Origin: Cenococcum geophilum
Taxonomy: Eukaryota
Assembly: GCA_050273025.1 (NCBI GenBank)
Contig: CP158635.1
Span: forward strand, 18,166,001 to 18,230,000
Direction: 5' to 3'
Length of the DNA stretch: 64,000 nt
Shown here: positions 25,299 to 38,897 of the stretch, in pieces
How the letters are laid out: each line of letters opens with the position of its first letter
Numbering within the stretch: position 1 is the stretch's first letter
Translations under genes and position numbers: made by a program
The notes under the pieces: model-generated
Seen by the model: the letters and a program-made list of their open reading frames with translations, nothing else
Database searches by the model: none
Told to the model about the DNA's origin: nothing

Positions 25299-26008
25299 TA
25301 GCGAGTTCGCGTTCAAATTTATTTCCCGCTAGATCCAGGGACCAATCTTTTGAAACATTGCATCATGGTTCTCACCATCGCGTGTGCACTTTTTCCAATC
25401 ATTCCACAGAAAATGCAGGACATGGATGGAGTTCAAAGGAATTTAATGATCACGGAGGGTAGAGGACCATGCAAGCATATGCGAGCAGGTCTCTTTTCAG
25501 GCCTCCATTCTATGCATACTTGTTCTCATCTTTTTGCGCTTCGAAATTTGTCGAAGTTTAGGAAGGAGGCCGGAGGGGATGTTATATATATAGACCTCCA
25601 GCATCTTGGGCGCCGTGTAATATGGACGGCACAGCGTGTTGTATCAATAGATGAGCCATATTTAAACTTCAAACTTAATGTAATTGTTCTTCAAAAAGTG
25701 TAGAGATACTGCGTAGATGAGTCTTACTCAGGCGGCGACATAAAAGGAGAAGTCCGCAAGTCAAGCCGAGGTGTCCTCAAGTCCCGCTTCGCTTTTCGCT
25801 TGGCGAATCGTAAAAGTAGTCCTGCATCAAGGCAGCCAGAGGACCACGGCAACCTACCCCCACGCGTTCTGACCTCATGAGAATGTCTTTGGGTCTGCAT
25901 TTCTGTGGCATTTCTAGCCCTTAAATTCTAATATCCTTCGCCAAGCTAGGCAATTCACGCAGCTCGCACCCCCATACAATCTTCGACACCACCGAAGAGT
26001 AGCTCACC

Positions 26009-29000
26009 ATGAGCAATGACGTTGAACAGGAGGGCTCCACGTCCACATTAGAAGCTTCTACTATGGCTCTCGAGCATCCCCCGGCGATATCGGTGGCGGT
26101 GGACCCGGTGGCTCTCGTTGTTACAGAATGCATCACAGTCACCTCCGCAATGCGGAAGCATGCCCGTTGGGCGCATTCTTCTGTATCTGCTATACTAGGG
26201 GGGAGCTCAGCTAGACCAGCTAGGGGCCATAGGCGCGAGAGGTCAGGCCGGGGAATAGCACCCGCTGTGGAGGAAGACGATGCGGTGGCTAGTCGATGGG
26301 GGCTTCGAGGGAGGAAGGGCAAGAGCATGCAAGATAATCCATTGATGTCTGCATTTGCGCGTTTACGGAACGATCTCAAGGATTGTAAAGGTAAATCCCT
26401 TGTGTTAGATCATATGTGGGAGCTCTACTAAATGTAATCAAGATATTCGCACTTTTGATACTCCTTCGCTCCTCCATCCTTTCCTTCAAGTCATTCGCTC
26501 GTCTTCGACCTCCGCCCCCATAACTTCTCTCGCGCTCATTGCTATCACCAAATTTCTTTCATACAACATTATAAGTCGCGATTCCCCCCGGTTGTCGGAA
26601 GCTATGCAGCTATTGTCGTCAGCAGCTACACACTGCCGATTCGAGGCCACTGATTCCGCCGCAGACGAGATTGTTCTCCTTAGGATTCTCAACCTTATGG
26701 AGCGCACGATATCCGGGCCTTGCGGAGATATACTTGGGGACGATAGTGTATGTGAAATGATGGAGACTGGGCTGAGCATGTGCTGTCAAGCTAGGCTATC
26801 GGAATTGCTGCGGAGGTCAGCAGAGGTATCAATGGTATCAATGTGCCAGGTGATCTTTGAGCGCCTAAAGTATTTGGAGATTGAGGCTGGTGAAGAACCT
26901 GGAGCACTAGATGAGAATACCAAGGATGATATGGACGCTGTCAGGATGGACCCAGCGGTCAATGGCGACACCCTTGCTGTCCCTGGAGTCAAACCCGAAG
27001 ATAGCCGGTCATCGAGTAGTTTGGAGAAGAGTCAAGAGGAGACTGAAGAGACCGCGTCAACCAACGTCAATGGCAGTAATTTGGAGCTACCAACGACGGC
27101 AGAGGCAGAGAGGCCGGTGGAGATTAAGCCATACTCATTACCTTCCATACGGGAGCTATTTCGAGTCCTTGTGGATCTTTTAGATCCCCATGATCGACAG
27201 CATACAGACACAATGAGGGTAATGGCGCTACGAATTGTAGATGTAGCGCTTGAGGTTGCCGGACCTTCTATTGCGAACCATCCAAGTCTTGCAAATCTAG
27301 CCAAAGACACCATGTGCCGCCATTTATTCCAGCTTGTGCGCTCCGAAAACATGGCCATCCTCAATGAATCCCTGCGTGTGGCTGGAACTTTGTTGGCGAC
27401 TTGCAGAGGGGTTCTTAAGCTTCAGCAAGAATTATACCTGTCTTATCTTATCGCCTGTCTGTTCCCGCGTGTTGAAATACCGCTAGAGCCAGGGATAGAG
27501 CCATCTCTTTACGAAGGTGTGCCGCAAGCTCCAAGCCTTATTAAGCCAGCACCATCCCAGTCAAACGGCAGTGGCAGGTCAACGCCAGTCCCCGTGAAAG
27601 ATCGGCAGCGGCTTGGCCTAGAAGGTGGCTCGAGGAAACCGGACGCTAGAGAAGCAATGGTTGAGAATGTAGGAGCTTTGGTTCGAATATCTTCATTCAT
27701 GGTCGAGCTCTTTGTCAACTACGATTGCCAGACTGACCGTAGCGACCTTTGCATGGATATTGTGGGCCTTCTATCAAGAAATGCATTCCCAGATTCCGCA
27801 ACGTGGAGCACTGTCAATGTGCCTCCGCTATGCTTGGATGCTCTGCTTGGTTATGTCCAATCCATCGCTGACCGACTAGAAGACAAGCCAGTGACAGAAG
27901 GCTATCCCGACACAGACCGTCTGAGAGAGCAGCGTGCACGGAAGAAGATTATCATTCGCGGTGCAACAAAGTTCAACGAAAACCCCAAAGCCGGGATAGC
28001 ATTTCTCGCCTCGCAGGGAATCATCAAAGACCCTAATGATCCTCGATGCATAGCCGAATTCGTCAAAGGCACCACTAGAGTAGACAAGAAAGTCCTCGGC
28101 GAGTTTATTTCGAAGAAGTCAAATGAGTCTATCCTAAGCGCTTTCATGGACCTTTTCGACTTTGCAGGTCAGCGTGCTGATGAAGCCCTCAGACAGCTTC
28201 TCAATTCGTTCCGATTGCCTGGCGAATCTGCACTCATTGAGAGAATTGTTACAGAATTCTCTGATAAGTACTGTTCCAAAGCCACCCCCGAAGGCATCGC
28301 CAATCAAGACGCCGTGTTCGTGCTTACGTACGCTATTATCATGCTTAATACTGACCAACACAATCCGAATCTGAAATCATCAAATCGCATGTCTTTCCAT
28401 GATTTCTCTAAGAATCTTGGTGGAGTGAACGGTGGTAAAGACTTCGACCCCACCTATCTGCAAGACATTTATGACTCCATAAAAACGCGCGAGATCATCT
28501 TGCCAGAGGAGCACGACAACAAGCACGCCTACGACCATGCGTGGAAGGAGCTTCTAATTAAGATCCAATCCGCCACTGATCTTGTGATATGCGATACAAA
28601 CATCTTCGATGCAGACATGTTTGCCGCCGCGTGGAAGCCGATTGTAGCGACCCTGTCCTATGTCTTTATGTCAGCTACCGATGATGCAGTTTTCTCTCGA
28701 GTTGTAATTGGATTTGACCAGTGCGCTCAAATTGCTGCCAACTACAGACTCGGTGACGCTTTAGATCGAATCATCTCTTGCTTGTCATATATCAGCACAC
28801 TAGCCCTTGAGGTGCCTCCTAGCACAGCTCTTAACACTGAGGTTCAGGTTGACAAAAAGAGTGTAATGGTCAGCGAGACCGCTGTCAGATTTGGTCGTGA
28901 TGAAAGAGCGCAATTGGCAACAGTTGTGCTCTTCAAAGTTATTAAAGGAAATGAAGTCTCCATAAGGGATGGCTGGAATCATGTAAGTTGAACCCCCGGC

Positions 29001-31021
29001 TCACATTATGAGAAGATTTGCTAACAGCAAATAGCTAATTCATATAATGCTAAACCTCTTCGTCAACTCACTAATACCTCCATACTTCCTATCTTTCCAG
29101 AAGACTCTCGCCCTCCCTCCTATTCCCCTCCAAAGCCCTGCTCAAGTCATCGACCGCGCCGACCGGCCAGCCGATACAGGCATCTTCTCCGCTCTGACAT
29201 CTTATGTCTCCAGCTTTGCAAATGATGAGCCTCCTGAGCCTTCGGATCAGGAAATCGAGTATACTCTTTGCACTGTAGACACCGTCAAAGAGTGTCATTT
29301 CGAGGACATCCTCTCGAATATCAGCCAGCTGCCTGTCGAGTCACTCAAATCTCTACTTCTCTCTCTCTTAGAGCAGATTCCAGAAGATACTTCTCCACGG
29401 GTCATTGTGGTGAAGCCCGAGTTACCTCCAGCTAGCCCAAGGCCAAATGGAAACAAGGCCAAATTCAATCAGCCTGTATATGACCCAAGCCTTGTCTTTG
29501 TGCTGGAATTAGCGACTGTCTTGGCTTTACGAGACGAAGAAACGGTGCAGGAACTAGCGAAGGACGTTACAGATGCCTTACAGACGGTGATAAGAGACGC
29601 CGCTAAACTGCACCCGGTGGTGATAGCTAGGTCTGTCTACTACCTGTTGAGTCTTCTAAAAGCTAGCAATGTAAGAAATTCACTTTCTTCTGATTATCTG
29701 CTCGCACTAACTGAAGACAGAACTTCGATTTCATCCGAGCTCCGGTAGTCCTACACAGCTTCTCGAGCTTCGACCAGGAGCTTCTGAAGCAATGCGCGCA
29801 ACCACTTCTAAAAGGGATGTCTGACTGCATCAAAGGATCTTCGGGTCTTAGGAATGAGATGGCCAACTCGCCTGACTTTTGGTCTATCCTCAACACACTA
29901 CATTCAGTTTCTGAAGCAGCAGGAGACGTTTTCCAAATTGTAGAAGAATTGACAAATTCTACTAATCCAGGCATAATTGCAGACAACTATGAGGCGGCTA
30001 TTGCCCTTCTGAATGAGTTTGCGACTGCTGGTAGCATTGGTTCTTTGGAGGAACAACGACGAGATCAAGCGCAAAGGAGAGCGAAGGCGCCGAAACCCAA
30101 GAAGCCTGAGTAAGTTCCTGTTCATCATGTGGCAGTTGGAGGTGCTAATAGTTTGAAGGAATAACGAAGTGGTCACCCGTGGAACTCAAGCGATGGCCAT
30201 TATCTACCAGATGTCGAGTCGGGTGCCCCATTTTATTGAACAATCACAATTGGAGACGAACGAAGGTGAGCATGATCTTATTACGTTGCATGATACAACA
30301 TACTTACGACACATAGCTTGGACCGCATACTGGTCACCCATTCTACGCGCGCTTACTACGCAATGCTTCAATCCTTGCCGCGAAATCCGTCAGCAAGCCT
30401 TTGCTTCTCTCCAGCGGACATTGTTGTCCAACGAGCTAGCTTCACCGGACCACAAAGAGTGGACAGCTATTTTCGGCGAGGTTTTGTTCCCGTTAATTAC
30501 CCAGCTTCTCAAACCTGAGGTATACCAGTCGGATCCAGTGGGTATGAGTGAAACGAGAGTGCGGGCGTCAACATTGCTTTGCAAGGTGTTCCTACACTAT
30601 CTCGTTATGCTTTCGGAGTGGGAAGGCATGCTTGATCTATGGCTCAAGATCATCTCCATAATGGATCGACTGACGAACAGTGGCCAAGGAGATAATTTGG
30701 TATGTCCTTGAATACAACTTTGTATAGTTACTTTGCGCACCCGCTAACATTAAATAGGAGGAAGCCGTCTCGGAAAATCTCAAAAACATCCTGTTGGTCA
30801 TGTCTAATGGTGGATACCTAGCTCCACCTGATCAGAACCCGGAGCAGAAGGAATTATGGACAGAGACGTGGACGCGACTAGACAGGTTCTTGCCCAATTT
30901 TTTCGCGGAACTCTTCCCAGAGGAAGCTGAGAAACCAACACTGGCGAGGAAGTCGGTTGCGGATGAGCAGGGGCCGGCATCGGGAGAGGCAGCGATTGGC
31001 GAGGGAAAGGCGGACTCTTAG
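26009..31021 (+). CDS. GEA2: Large Arf guanine-nucleotide exchange factor (GBF1/Gea2, Sec7 domain)
   Basis: VVTECITVTSAMRKHARWAHSSVSAILG, HCRFEATDSAADEIVLLRIL, ELFVNYDC, Sec7 motifs FRLPGESALIERI and VFVLTYAIIMLNTDQHNP, HDS region; about six introns. Start could be 26009 or 26063. Confidence 0.95.
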
Positions 31022-31577
31022 GAAGGGTAAGGAACTATAAGGTGTAGGAATAGGGCTGCGACAGGATTTCTTGGGGAAATGTAGAATATGATACAAAGAG
31101 GATGGGACTTTGGCACTAGCGCAAAGCATTTCTCGGAGCGGGTTCGTAGGGGATCTGTGGGAGCTTGAAACTAAGAGAAATTTCATATTCACCATTGCCG
31201 CCAATGACGTTTAATTCGCTGCCAAGTTTGATGATAGGGTTGCCTTGATTAGGTCTAATCTCACACCCCCGGTATCATCGGCTGCATCGTCATTTGAGCT
31301 GCCCTAACTGGGACGCGGAGCGCGCCATCTCGGTGAAGTGAGCCTCCCTCTTCTCTTTCTCTCCTCCACAAACTTGCCTTTCCTGTTTTTTTTATTTGGC
31401 TGGTGCCACCGACTCTACGACTTCTGGTCGACTTCCACTCGTTGCTTCGCGACTCCGTTGCTCTGCAAGTTGAACTAGTGCATTCTTCGACCGCATATCT
31501 TGACTGGGGAGCCGTGCAATCTTACATATATCAACCAAGTATTCTGGACAGCTGCGTCGGCCAGCTAATTACTTACA

Positions 31578-33274
31578 ATGTTATCCGTGAGTGCCAATTG
31601 CGTTGCTACATGTTTGAAACTCACTGTTCTAACCAAGGCTTACAGATTCCGCGCACAGTCGCGCTGCTGCTCGCGTCGCTCATCGGCATTACCTATGCGG
31701 TACACACGGTTGAGGTGCACGGGCAGGACTTTGTGGACACGGTGACAAACAAGCGGCTGATGATCATTGGCGTCGAGTAAGCCCGCCTCCAGCTCTATAA
31801 CAGCTTTAATTGAAAACAATTGCTGATAACTGGTGCGACAGCTACCAGCCTGGCGGACAATCTGGCTACAATCCCGACGCCGGTGAGGATGCGCTTAGCA
31901 ATGGCACCGTCTGCCTTCGCGACGCAGCAATGCTGCAGAGACTCGGGGTACGTCATGGCTGGCTGCTTCGGAGATTTTTCTTGCGGGGAATAGAGTTAAT
32001 GAACCTAGGTGAATACGATTCGCGTCTACAATATCGATCCCTCAGCCAACCACGACGAGTGCGCGAGTATCTTCAATGCCGTTGGTATCTACATGATCCT
32101 GGATGTTAACTCGCCACTCTCTGGTGAGAGCATTGATAGGTCGAATCCGGCTGGCTCATACAATGTTGGATACCTGACTCGTATATTTGGGGTGGTGGAG
32201 GCGTTTAAGGGATATCCGAATACTTTGGCTTTCTTTGCTGCTAACGAGGTTATGAACGATATTTCGACGTCCAAGGATAATCCGCCGTATATCAGGGTAA
32301 ACGACTGTTCCTCATTCAAGCTTGGGGTTTTAGGTTTGAGTACTTGACAGCTAACATTTGAACAGGCCGTTCAAAGAGACCTAAAGAATTACATTGCAAA
32401 GCACTCTACTCGAACAATCCCAGTCGGATACTCCGCAGCTGATGTCCGCCAAATCCTACAAGATACCTGGGCATACCTTCAATGCGCCATCGATGGCACT
32501 ACGGACGAATCCCGCTCGGACTTTTTCGGACTCAATTCCTACTCCTGGTGTGGCAGTACTGCAACTTTCCAGACTTCCGGCTACGATGTCCTCACCACCA
32601 TGTTCGAGAATAGTACTATTCCTGTCTTCTTTTCGGAGTATGGCTGCAACAAGCCTCAGGGTACTCCGCGAGTTTTTAATGAGGTTGCAGCTCTCTACAG
32701 CCCCGAAATGACAGCTCTGAGTGGAGGCTTGGTTTATGAATACAGCGAGGAGCCTGCTGATTTCGGCCTCGTTGTAATAAACGACAATTCGACCGTCTCC
32801 CTCCGTACAGATTACGACAACCTGCAGGCCCAGTACAACAAGTTGAATATCACTCTCATTGAGTCAGCGGATTCAACAGCCACCGCATTGACTCCGCCGG
32901 CCTGCTCTACTGACATGATTGACGACCCCGGCTTCAGCAAGAACTTTACTATTCCCTCCCCACCGGATGGTGCCACTGACTTAATTAATAATGGCATCGA
33001 GAACCCGAACAACGGGAAGCTCGTGCAGGTCACAGCTACCGCTGTTCCAATGGCCGTCTACGCAAGCAACGGGAACCAGATTCAGAACTTGGCCATTAAG
33101 CCTCTGCCAAATGATGAAAGCAATACCCCTGGGGGTGAGAGCACTAGCGCCAATACCACCACAACAGCTTCTCCCTCAGCAAGCCCAACCAAGAAGGGTG
33201 CTGCCGGTAAGAACTACAGTGTGGCTACCGGAAGCCTACTGGTAATTGCTCTAACGGCCCTGCTCATGCTATGA
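31578..33274 (+). CDS. GEL2: GH72 beta-1,3-glucanosyltransferase, GPI-anchored, lacking the X8/CBM43 domain (gel2-like)
   Basis: Signal peptide, IIGVD|YQPGG, CLRDAAMLQRLG|VNTIRVY, FFAANEV and FFSEYGC catalytic Glu motifs, SGGLVYEY, Ser/Thr tail and hydrophobic GPI signal. Confidence 0.9.
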
Positions 33275-34278
33275 CCTTACAATGGAGGAATTATCTAGTT
33301 ATCTCTTCCATTAGTTTACTAATCCTAGTTTGGATAATAGGTGCTTTGACGATGTCCTTTTTTTCCTTCTCCTACTAAAGTAAGCGTTCCTTCAGCTGTT
33401 GCTCGAAGGTGCAGGCCGGGTGTCTTTTATCGTCTTCAACTGTTTATATTGATTTGGGGTGATTTCATTGCTCTTCTTCTGGTGCTAACCGCACATATTC
33501 TACCTAGACTTGGTCTGGCACCGGTCGTCATGGCAAACATGTAGCTCCGACTAGCGGTCATACCAAGTCGGATTCTACCAGGCTTGCCGTGTCAAACTTC
33601 TTCAACCGATGGCCTGTGTTTTCTCTTCGGTTGCTGAGCTTGTATCTAGGATTCCTACAGGAGGAAGTGGACAGGCTAGAGGCATGGGTCAGGGCCAAGT
33701 CTCGCAAACCCTTCTCCGAAGGGCGGCAGCATCCTGTGTTGCAGAATGGAGATGGTGCGGATGTAGAATCGGGGAGTGAATGATTTGGATTGATTGTTCA
33801 GCACTAGGGGTTTTTTAGAGAGCCTGTAGCTTGTAATTGAACATAGTCATTCTATCATCATCACTCTCCTTTGCTAGCTAGTGTGATTTCACACATGGTG
33901 CAATTGCTTTCAAAAGAACTCCTCAAGAGACGGCGCTGCACATCACCAAGCGTAACCACATGATAGATGCCGTCGCTCTTTAGATATCACTTACACCTGG
34001 AATTAATTGATAAGGCAATTGGTAAAATTATTGCAGAAGGGCTACATTGCAGCCATAGGCCCACCGCGAATATCTGTCAGCCCTAACCAGTCAAGCTTTC
34101 CATCCACGTTCCCCACTCCCAGCTTAAGTAGGAGCCCTGTCGTCCGTCATCATCGAATCTGACGTCTGACTAAATACACTTTGAACCGCGAGAACAGGCG
34201 CCGGCCCTACTACTGACGAGCAACCCGGCACAGCAATAGTCTCTATGCGGGTGTCATGCAACAGCTCCCACGTTTCAG

Positions 34279-34319
34279 GAGCGGGGCATTACAGAGCGGG
34301 GCATTACAGGGCGGGGCAC
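34279..34319 (+). promoter_or_regulatory. Short 15-bp tandem repeat carrying three GCGGGG (SYGGRG, CreA/Mig1-type) motifs upstream of ZTA1
   Basis: GAGCGGGGCATTACA twice followed by GGGCGGGGCAC, about 130 bp before the ATG at 34446. The repeat is certain; the regulatory function is inferred. Confidence 0.4.
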
Positions 34320-34445
34320 TTCCGTGGCCCTAGAGCTCTCCCACCGCAGCAATGACGCCCTGCACGGTAGTTACAAAGCAGCATACATAACTTCCTGCTC
34401 CTCCCCACCCCGCCCATTGATGTTATAAATCCGCCCTCTTCGCCC

Positions 34446-35923
34446 ATGTCCCTCCTCCTGCCTCGCCTCGTCTCATCCGCTTCCAGAACCTCAATCGCAC
34501 GCTCGACCGCCTCATTCAGACCATCTTCCCTCCGCTCGCAGCTGACACCGTCCCCGCGACACCCGCTCCAGCTCCGCGCCATGGCATCGCTCCCGAAGAC
34601 GATGAAGGGCGTGATTATCGAGAAGACGGGCGGGATCGAGGTCCTGCAGTACAAGACGGACCTCCCCGTGCCGGAACCGCAGGAGGGCGAAGTGCTCGTT
34701 AAGAACGAGTTCATCGGGATAAACTACATCGACACGTAGGACACAATCGCCTCATTCCTCTCCTCCCATTTTACCCCCTAAACCCGCTCCCTCGAACCCG
34801 CTCCCCTAGCCCGTTTGCTTGCTCCCCCCGCTCCCACCCACCGCACAGGACCCTTCCACTGACACGTCCGCGGCCCCCGGCCCCCAGCTACTTCCGCACC
34901 GGCCTCTACCCACCCCCTTCGTTCCCCTACATCCTGGGCCGCGAAGGCTCTGGCACCATCACCGCCATCGGTCCCGGCTCGACCTACAACCTACAACCCG
35001 GCACGCCCGTCGTGTGGATGGGCACGTCCGCCTACGCCGAATACACGGCCGTGAGCGCGTCCTCCTGCATCCCGGTGCCGGGCTCCATCTCGCTCCGCGA
35101 CGCCGCCGCCGCCATCCTGCAGGGCCTGACGGCGCTGACGCTGATCCGCGAGGCGCACCGCGTGCGGCGGGGGGACTGGGTGCTCGTGCACGCGGCGGCG
35201 GGCGGCGTCGGGCTGTGGCTGTGCCAGCTGCTGCGGGCCGTCGGGGCGCGCACGATTGCGACGGCGAGCACCGAGGCGAAGCGCGAGCTGGCGGCGCGCC
35301 ATGGCGCCGAGGTGCTGATGGAGTATCATGGGGAGGACAGCGAGGCGTTTGTGAGGAAGGTGGTTGATACCGCGGGAGGGGAGGGCGTCGAGGTGGTGTT
35401 TGATGGCGTGGGGAAGACGACGTTCGATGCGAGTTTGGCGTGCGTGAAGCGCAAGGGGACCATGGTTAGTTTTGGGAATGCGAGCGGGGCGGTGCCGCCC
35501 GTGGCGATTGCGTGAGTGCGGTTTGCTCTTCTTCTCCTTTTTTCTAGGGAGGCGTTTCGAGCCGTCTGGGGACTGGCTGTGGGGATGGTTCAGGGACCGG
35601 CGAAGGAGCTAACGCAGCCTGCAGACGTCTCGCGCCCAACAACCTGAGACTCATGCGGACCCACTTGTTTGGCTACCTCACTACGCGCGAGGAGTTGGAG
35701 ACGTACGCAAACGAGCTGTGGGATTTCATGACCAAGGACAAGATGGATGTCAACATCCACAAGATCTATCCGCTCGAGGACATTGTGCAGGCCCATCAGG
35801 TATGCAAGGCTTCTTATCCCCAGTGCCCAAACTCTCTTTTCCCGTGCAATGGTAGAGCGTACTGACGACTCGCAGGATATTGAGGGTAGGAAAACGACGG
35901 GGAAGCTCTTGCTGCAACCATAA
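34446..35923 (+). CDS. ZTA1: NADPH:quinone oxidoreductase (zeta-crystallin-like MDR) with an N-terminal mitochondrial-type presequence
   Basis: MKGVIIEKTGGIEVLQY, GINYIDT|YFRTGLY, LQGLTALTLIREAH, VLVHAAAGGVG, VVFDGVGKTTFD, MVSFGNASG, DIEGRKTTGKLLL; three introns; second ATG at 34581. Confidence 0.93.
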
Positions 35924-36230
35924 AATGTAATACTAGCCTTAATGTTACCCCCCAACGCGGGTTGACAGGAAATTCGCTGCCGAATCTAGAGGTTGTTCCG
36001 GCCACTTTGAGGGAGACTTTTCCCTCGATGCTAAGAATAACCCTGACCATAGCTTATATTAGGATCCCTATTAGCTCAAGTTTGAACCCCACTATGATTA
36101 TTCCTGGAAAATAGAAATTAAGGGTCCTAAAACCGTTCCCCTTCTCTCCCTTTAGAAATAGTAGACCTTAAGAATATAATAGCACTTCTAGCGTGCCTTA
36201 TCGACGCTATGCCTCTTCTAATACTTAATA

Positions 36231-37081
36231 CAGTAAAATCTCTTTAGTACGATACCGTTTATTCGGCCGAGCGTATCGTAATACCAAGGGTATCGTTGTA
36301 TTGCATACTTGTATATAAAATGCACCCAAGATCAAAATTAGGTAATGGTATTATGTATCTACGTGCGTGAACGCGTAATTAAGCGATCGGCTATACTAAA
36401 ATACATCGCGATTGATTGCTGCTTGGTGTTTTAAGGTCGTTGGCCTTGAATTCGACGCTCGTGCCTTAATAGAGTCATAATTACGTCTCTATTAGAATTG
36501 CTTACTACTCCCTATAGAGACGAAGCTTTTAGAAGGCTATAAGCGCCTTATTAAGCTTAATAACTTCTTTATCCGTTTCTATATCGCGATCGGGCCCTGC
36601 GTAGAGCTCACTATATACTTAATAAGATCCTCTAACGAATTTTCTACTTCCTTACCTGGTTGCTTAATAAATTCCTAAATATTTATTACGGCGTAAATTC
36701 TCCCTACTGCAAGTAGTTATTCTACTATTTGCTATATTTTATTAACCATAGAAGGATCTAGATAATCTTAAGGGTAAGGCCGTAGGCCTATACGAGAGCT
36801 AAATAACGTAGATTTAATAAAGCAATTCTTAATTGTTTATAGCGTAACTTCCTTCTAAGCTTTAACTAACCATTAAATTGCCTATAAGACTTGCATTTAC
36901 TTAATTAGATTCTTATCTTAAAGCAAGACCTCTACTATAAATTATAGCTAATATTACCAGTAGAGCAGCTTAAAGTTTATAATTATCCCTTAATTAAAAG
37001 GCTAATATACTAAGGTATAATTAGGAGGAAGGAACTCTACGCGCGTATTTTTAATAAGTATTTAAACAGCTACTTTATAGG
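36231..37081 (-). mobile_element. pogo/Tigger-type (DDE_1, CENP-B-like) transposon, 3' half, RIPped
   Basis: Terminus TA|CAGTAAAATCTCTTTAGTACGATACC. Minus strand reads NTRVEFLPPNYTLVY*PFN*GIIINFKLLY...AI*WLVKA*KEVTL*TIKNCF, matching the family pattern FLPPNCTS..QP.DQGII.NFK. Confidence 0.85.
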
Positions 37082-38250
37082 TATAACGGCGCTATCGCAC
37101 GTTACATGCCAAATTCTGCCAAATTCTGCCGACTTACGATTAGCTCGCCCAAAGCTAGCGCCTTAGCGGCTTACCCTATATATTTGTTTATATTGGCCCT
37201 AGCAACCCCTTTTTCTTCTCCTTAGCTTAGTATCTTTATAAGATAGCATTCTACAAGCTTTAGTTTAGAGGCATTTATATAAGCCGTTATATTATACTAA
37301 GCTCTCTTTACATTACTTAGAAAGGTCTTAATTAATATCCCACTCTAAAAAAAACTTTATCTGCAATAACGCGTTAACGTATTATACTTAGATACTAAAC
37401 AATACTATACTGCCTAGGAAGGCCTTAATAATATCTTACTTTATAAGCTAGATAGGATTAGACCTATACTCCTAAAATTAAAACCAAAGTATATAATACT
37501 AATAAACCTTAGGAAGCTAGTAATAGTACCTAAAGCAAGCTTATTTAAAAGAGCTGCCTCTATTTAAGAGGAACCTAAAATCTAATTAGGATTAGAAATT
37601 AAAGATAATAATAACATTATAGATATACGCAAGTAGATTCGTGCCCTTGCGGTTAGCTAGAAAGCCAATTATTTTAAAGTAAGAAATATATAAGAGACCC
37701 TATAAAAGATCCTAAAAAGCCTTACAGCCCTATAAAATAGCCTAACTTCCCCTTTTTAAAGCCCTAGCTAATTTACTTACTCTATTAAATATAATATACT
37801 AGGGAGTATAAATATAATAATAAAGTAATTAAAGTCTATTAAGCTCCTTAACCCCTAACTCCTATCTAATAGGATAAACCCTACTTTTAAAAATTAGAGG
37901 ATCTAAGTATAAGGAGAATTCCGCGTTAACTATAACTATTTCCCCTCTAAAGAAGCTAAGATGCTTTACCTCTTTAGTTAAACTATAGGAGATGCCTAAT
38001 ATTACCTTTAAGCTAAATTTAAGGACAACTCCCTTACCCGCTTTATATCTATTAGTAAAATGCTATAGAATTTAGCTACTATATATATAAACCTAAATAA
38101 AGTATAGGATGCGTGTTATAACTATAATAGCTTAATAATAAAGTTAAACTAATCCTTTACTAAGTTTTAGATATAATTCTTATACCTAGCGGATAAAGGC
38201 TAGGCTCCCCTTAAGAACTACTATTTGGATCTATATAATAAACTAATAGT
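37082..38250 (+). mobile_element. Ty3/Gypsy 5' LTR (37082-37291) and truncated gag, RIPped
   Basis: LTR bounded by TATAACGGC...GCCGTTATA (de-RIP TGTAACGGC/GCCGTTACA). Gag-like frame KLLNP*LLSNRINPTFKN*RI*V*GEFRVNYNYFPSKEAKMLYLFS. Confidence 0.8.
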
Positions 38251-38576
38251 TTTAACTATAAGAGAAGATTATAATAGCCTTAGATAATCTACTAACCTAC
38301 TATAATAGAATCCCTTGGAAGGTACATATTAGATAAGATAGTAAGAGGTTTTATCTATATCCCATCTATATTCTATCTATGTCTTAAAAGACACAGTTAG
38401 ATAGATAAGGGGCGAAGGGTTTTGCTAGCGTCTTAAAAGGATTATATAGGGAGCTAGTTCTCCTCTAAAGAAGAACTAGCAATTAGTCTCTAAATAAAAG
38501 AGGTTAGAAAGCATTTATCCTTTATTACATAAAGATCGTTCTACCTTAACTTATCTTCTACTTACCTATAACGTGT

Positions 38577-38897
38577 CACTTAATAATAAATTCTAATAAT
38601 TTAGATTTAGACTTTTATATATACTTTATAGCTTCTATTAAAGTTCTATAGTAAATAGTTAAGTAGTTTTTGAGATATATTAATTTAGCCTAATTTAGGG
38701 GCTAAATTAAGGCCAAATCAATATATCTTAAAAACTACTTAACTATTTACTATAGAACTTTAATAGAAGCTATAAAGTATATATAAAAGTCTAAATCTAA
38801 ATTATTAGAATTTATTATTGAGTGGTTGTTAAGATATTAAGGTGTGAATTTTCGGTGGGGTTTTAAGGGTGGCGGCTCGCTTGGGGTGGCAGCTTAC
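38577..38897. repeat. Fold-back palindrome (38577-38824, ~120-bp arms) attached to one Fot1-like TIR; truncated MITE
   Basis: Near-perfect inverted arms around an axis at ~38700, followed by GGGTGGCGGCTCGCTTGGGGTGGCAGCTTAC abutting a poly-T tract. Confidence 0.85.

Noticed and set aside
38251..38576. Possible additional LTR between the gag fragment and the palindrome
   Set aside because: LTR-like composition, but no matching termini or TSD could be assigned.
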